Positions 59,939-64,000 of a stretch of DNA of 64,000 nt are shown piece after piece (position 1 is the stretch's first letter; each line of letters opens with the position of its first letter). Location: positions 470,564 through 534,563 of the forward strand of contig NW_005201092.1 of assembly GCF_000372725.1 (NCBI RefSeq), read 5' to 3'. Position numbers and translations under genes: made by a program. Under the pieces are notes generated by a model. It searched no databases. It was not told the origin of the DNA and saw only the letters and a list, made by a program, of their open reading frames with translations. The DNA comes from Emiliania huxleyi CCMP1516. Its lineage: Eukaryota.

Positions 59939-60303
59939 CCACGCAGGGCGGAGCCAGCTGGGTCTCCCAGCTCGGTCGAGCACAGCGTCTCTCGTCTCTC
60001 CTCGTCAAAAGTCAGTGTAAATAAATAAAAATGTCAAACTCTGAAACGAGATTGGGATTGAGGGACATGTGTCCCCGGCCTGCACGATCTTGGTGTGAGG
60101 GATCTCTCGACTCTCCTCGTGTGTGTGGCTGCACACCCCGACCACGCTCTAGTTTTTACTCTACTAGAGTACGGACACTACTTTACTTGAGATGAGTTCA
60201 GGCTTCAGCTTTTGCCGTTTTAGGACTCTTGTCGCTTTTGGTTTTGCAAAACGCATCACACCAAACACCCCCTACCCGGCTCGATCAAGAGGCGGCCCTC
60301 CTC

Positions 60304-63300
60304 CTAGATCCCCACGTCGAAGCTCCCCTGGCGCCACACGCCCCCCCTCCGCAGCTGCGAGATCTCCTTGCGCAGGTCCGCAGCTTCGCTGCGCCTAGTT
60401 TCCACCTCCTCCCTCAGCTCGCTGGCCGACGGCCACTTGTGGGGCTCGTTCCCGTGCGAGATGTGCACAAAGAGGTGGCACATCTCGATGCGCGTGCCCC
60501 GCCGCGAGCGCAGATGCAGCGTGCGGTAGCCCGGCCTCATGCGCCCGAGCACCACCGTATCGAACGCCACCTCCTCGGCGTCCACTGATGCATTCTCCTC
60601 GTCACTCTCCAGCACTGCGACCCGCAGGATGGTCTCGTGCGGCTCCGCCGCCAGCAGATGCACCGTCTCGCCAAAGCGCGGGCTGAGCCCGCCGTGCTCG
60701 CCGGCGGAGGAGGTGACGTGCTCCGTCTCGACCTGGCGAGGCTGCCGCCGCGTGCTCACCGAGCAGAAGCCTCCGATCGCGTGCAGGGACACCTTGAGGC
60801 GCAGCGTCGACGACGACTCGACCGCGGCCGGCGCCCTCCAGCTGCCAGTCAGCTCGGGCACGTAGCCATGCGACGCGCCGTGCGCCCCGTCGCGGCTCGG
60901 CCTCTCCTCGCCCTGCTTGGGAAGCCCGTGCAGGCTGAGCAGCTCGATCGTCACTCGCCGCAGCGACTCGCGCCGCGGCGGCCAGCCCCGCCCGTCAACC
61001 ATCTCCTCGGGCTTCCGCACATAGCCGCCCGTGTCCTCGAAGAGGGCGTAGTGCAGCTGCGCCGCCAGGTCGGGGTGCTGGCCGAGGTTGAGCGCCACGT
61101 GCTGCGCGCCGGCGCGCCAGCACACGAGGGGGTCCAAATTCTTCCCGGCGAAGCGAAGGCCGAGCGGGTAGACGCGCAGCAGCTGCTCGGCGGTCTTGCG
61201 CTGCAGCGCGTGCACACTCCCCGCCATCCCGCGCAACACGCTGCCCTCGTCCAGCGCCTCCGCCCGCGGGGCGGCGAGGCCCATCTCCTGCCCCAGTCTC
61301 TCCTCGCCGATCGAGGTGATCGGCAGCGCAAAGCCGTACTCGTGCGACAGCTCGGCGAGGAAGTCGTCGGCGGGCACAGTCCGCAGCGTCAGGTGGCGGA
61401 CGTACAGCGTCTCGGAGCTGGCGACACTTGCCCCCTCCCGCTCAGACACTGTCCGCCCTGCCTCACCGGTCTCCGCCACATCGGCCGATGATCGCGCCTT
61501 GCGCACCGCAGCCAGCACCGCCTTGACCTTGCCCTTGCAGAGCACCTTGCCTGCGCGGCGGTGCATCGACGAGCGGTCATTCAAGGTGGGGTTGTGAAAC
61601 CCCTGATTCGAGTCACAGGGCGCCTGGGTGTGTGTCGGGTTAAGTGTCGGGGAGGGGGCGGCGCACCACGGAGCGCCTCTGGAGAGAGGCTGGAGCCCTC
61701 GATGTCGTCGCACGACAGCAGACGCTCTCCCAGGTTCGAGAGGAGCGCCAAGGCGATCGCGTGCTGCCGCTCCGGCTTGCAGTGCATCTCGAGCGAGAGG
61801 ATGACGGGCAGATCGGAGGTCACGAAAGCGGTGCGGGCGATGGCAGACGCGACGGCGTCAAAGGACTCCACCGTGCAGAGGGTGTGCCCGTGCGTCACGA
61901 CTGGCACCGTCTTGCAGGAGCGGAGCTGGAACTGATCCCAGCAGTCGATCTCGACGTGGCGGCAGCCCTGAAGCAGCTGGCGCATGTACGCCTCCCGCGT
62001 CGACCGTCCGGTGAGCTGGTCGCCGACAATGTACGAGTTGTGGCTGGTCGCGACCCAGTAGTGCGACAGCGGCTGCGAGAGGTCCGCGGTGTACGCGTTT
62101 GGCGGCACCGCACGGTTCTCCGGCGAGAGGAGGAGCATCGCGAACCGCATGTACGACAGCCGGGAGCTGCCAGCGTCGCCGCACGCGCGGGCGTAGGCCG
62201 CGCGCGCTGCCGGCACGTCGGGTTCCTCCTGCACTGCGGCTTGGAAGGCGAGCCACCCTCGGAGGTCCATCTCGCCGTCGGCGTTGGCGTAGTCGTTGAA
62301 GAGCTGGCGAATCTCGTCCTGGGCAGTGTAGCCGGACAGCAGGACCTCCGCCACCTGCAGCATGTTCAGCGAGCCGCCAGCGGGCGTGAGCCACTCCGGC
62401 AGCGGCGTCGCCTGGGCCAACCGCACCGCCCTTGCCTCCAGCTGCCGAGCATTGGCATCGGCGCCGACAGAGTCGCGCGCGCTCTTGACGACTGCGGCGA
62501 GGGAGCAGTTCGAGCGGTTGGCGGCCGCAGGCAGGCTGTGCAGGGGCAGCACGCCCGCCGCGTTGCCGCCGATGGAGACGGACGCGGCCATGCGCGAGAG
62601 CAGCCAAAGGTGTGACGCCGCTCCGGGCGAGCGCAAAGCCACCTCCGCCATCAGGGCCTGCAGCGCCGCCGCCCACGCCGCCGCCTCCTCGTCCGAGCTC
62701 GTGACGCGCAGCACGCGCAGCTCGCCCTGGAGATTGCGATGCCGCACGCGCACAGTGCCCAGCCCGCCGCCGCGCGCCTCGACGGCAACCTCCGTCACGA
62801 GCGGGACGAAGACGCGGTCCCTCGACGACCAGGACCAGCCGAGCGCAAGGGAGGGCGCGTCGAGGACGACGAAGCTCGGCACGGACGGCTCGTAGAGGTC
62901 GTCGATCACGACTCGCCCCGCGAGGCCGGCAACGAGCGGGTGGAGGTTTGTGGGCGTCTCGGGCGGCATGCCGCGGCGGCGATGCCACAGCGCAAAGGGC
63001 CACCTCGTCGCGAGCTGGACGAGGTTGCGGCGCGGCAGGACGGCGGCGCCGGCGCGTCGCGCGAAGGCGCAGAGCGAGGCCGCCTTGCGCGCGAGAACGC
63101 GCCAGACAAGGGTCTGCGGCGAGATGGAGTGGGCGCGGGCCAGCCGGATGATGCGTGGGGAGTGGTCGTGCAGGTAGAGCTGCAGCGCGGCGAGGAGGAG
63201 GTGGAGGAGGAGGAGCCCCATCCCGAAGAAGGCAAAGGTGGAGAAGAGCTCCGCAGGGGAGAGGCCAAAGCTGTCCTCGCACACCTCCGCGTCCTGCTCG

Positions 63301-64000
63301 CACATCTTGAGCAGCAGCACGGTGAGGTAGACGACGACGAGCGAAAGGTACGCCATCGTCGCGAGCCAGTTGTCCTCGCTGCGGCGGAAGGGCTGCGTCG
63401 CCATCTGCAGCGAGAGGAAGAGGATCGAGACGAGCAGCGCGACGAGCGCGCGCGCCTCCTCCAGCCTCTCGTCGATGAGCAGCACGAAGCACGTGAGCGT
63501 CAGCTTGCGCAGCACCTCTAGCACCTCCCACAAGTACGCCTCGGGCCTGTAGTCGGCCCAGAGGAAGCGCGTCGAAGCGACCCACTTTGTCGTCCGGCCG
63601 GCGCGGATCGCGCGCTGGTGAGCGAGAAGCAAGACCAGGTAGAGCACCGGCACGCCGACGGGCCAAAGCGGGGAGAGTCCGAACGCCCAGTTCTTGAGCC
63701 GCTGGTGCGCCGGCGTGCTGCACTCCAGCGAGTAGTCCGCCTGCAGGAAGGACCGCGTCTCGCCCGTGGCGTCGTCGTAGACGAATGCGTCGCACAGAAA
63801 CGAGGAGAAGATGAGCGCCGAGACGGCGGGCAGAAGGAGGAAGGTGGCGTAGAGAACCAGCGGGAGCACTCTGCGAAGCGCAGAGACGAGAAAGACGGAG
63901 GCGCCGGTTCCGCGGAGCTGCCCCTTTGCGTGGGCGACGGCGGCGTTGCGGATGGTCCACGCCACTGCGGCGAGACCGATGACGCCCCACGGAGCGACCG
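60304..64000 (-). CDS. Multi-pass TM domain fused to phosphoinositide phospholipase C (PH-like, EF-like, X, Y, C2); 5' end outside the window
   Basis: About 7 TM helices, then SHYWVATSHNSY..GDQL, GCRHVEIDCWD, THGHT, PVILSLEMHC in one ORF; after one intron VLCKGK, LLRVYP, GAQHVALN, GYVRKP, RPGYR. Confidence 0.9.

Overview
High-GC, gene-dense, intron-rich eukaryotic DNA. GC-AG introns, tandem repeats inside introns and the codon style suggest a haptophyte such as Emiliania/Gephyrocapsa huxleyi (inference, not proven). About 25 protein genes can be supported: a cupin, a minimal ATP-dependent DNA ligase, an amino-acid transporter, two F-box-like/RCC1 paralogs (one frameshifted), a divergent heme-thiolate peroxidase-like protein, a pentapeptide-repeat protein, a SAM methyltransferase-DUF72 fusion, a fidgetin-like AAA ATPase, an aldo-keto reductase, TrmA, a DUF1295-EXPERA fusion, an alpha/beta hydrolase, an ankyrin protein, two glycosyltransferase-like proteins, a GH5 exo-glucanase, tubulin cofactor A, a class-V PLP enzyme and a multi-pass membrane domain fused to a complete phosphoinositide phospholipase C. 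The window also holds several dispersed repeat families, a MITE, retroelement remnants and a 696-bp direct duplication. The most notable signals are the receptor-like TM-PLC fusion, introns whose ends duplicate the adjacent exon sequence, and the two unusual enzyme fusions. Exon boundaries were read by eye and are approximate. No rRNA, tRNA or CRISPR array was recognised.
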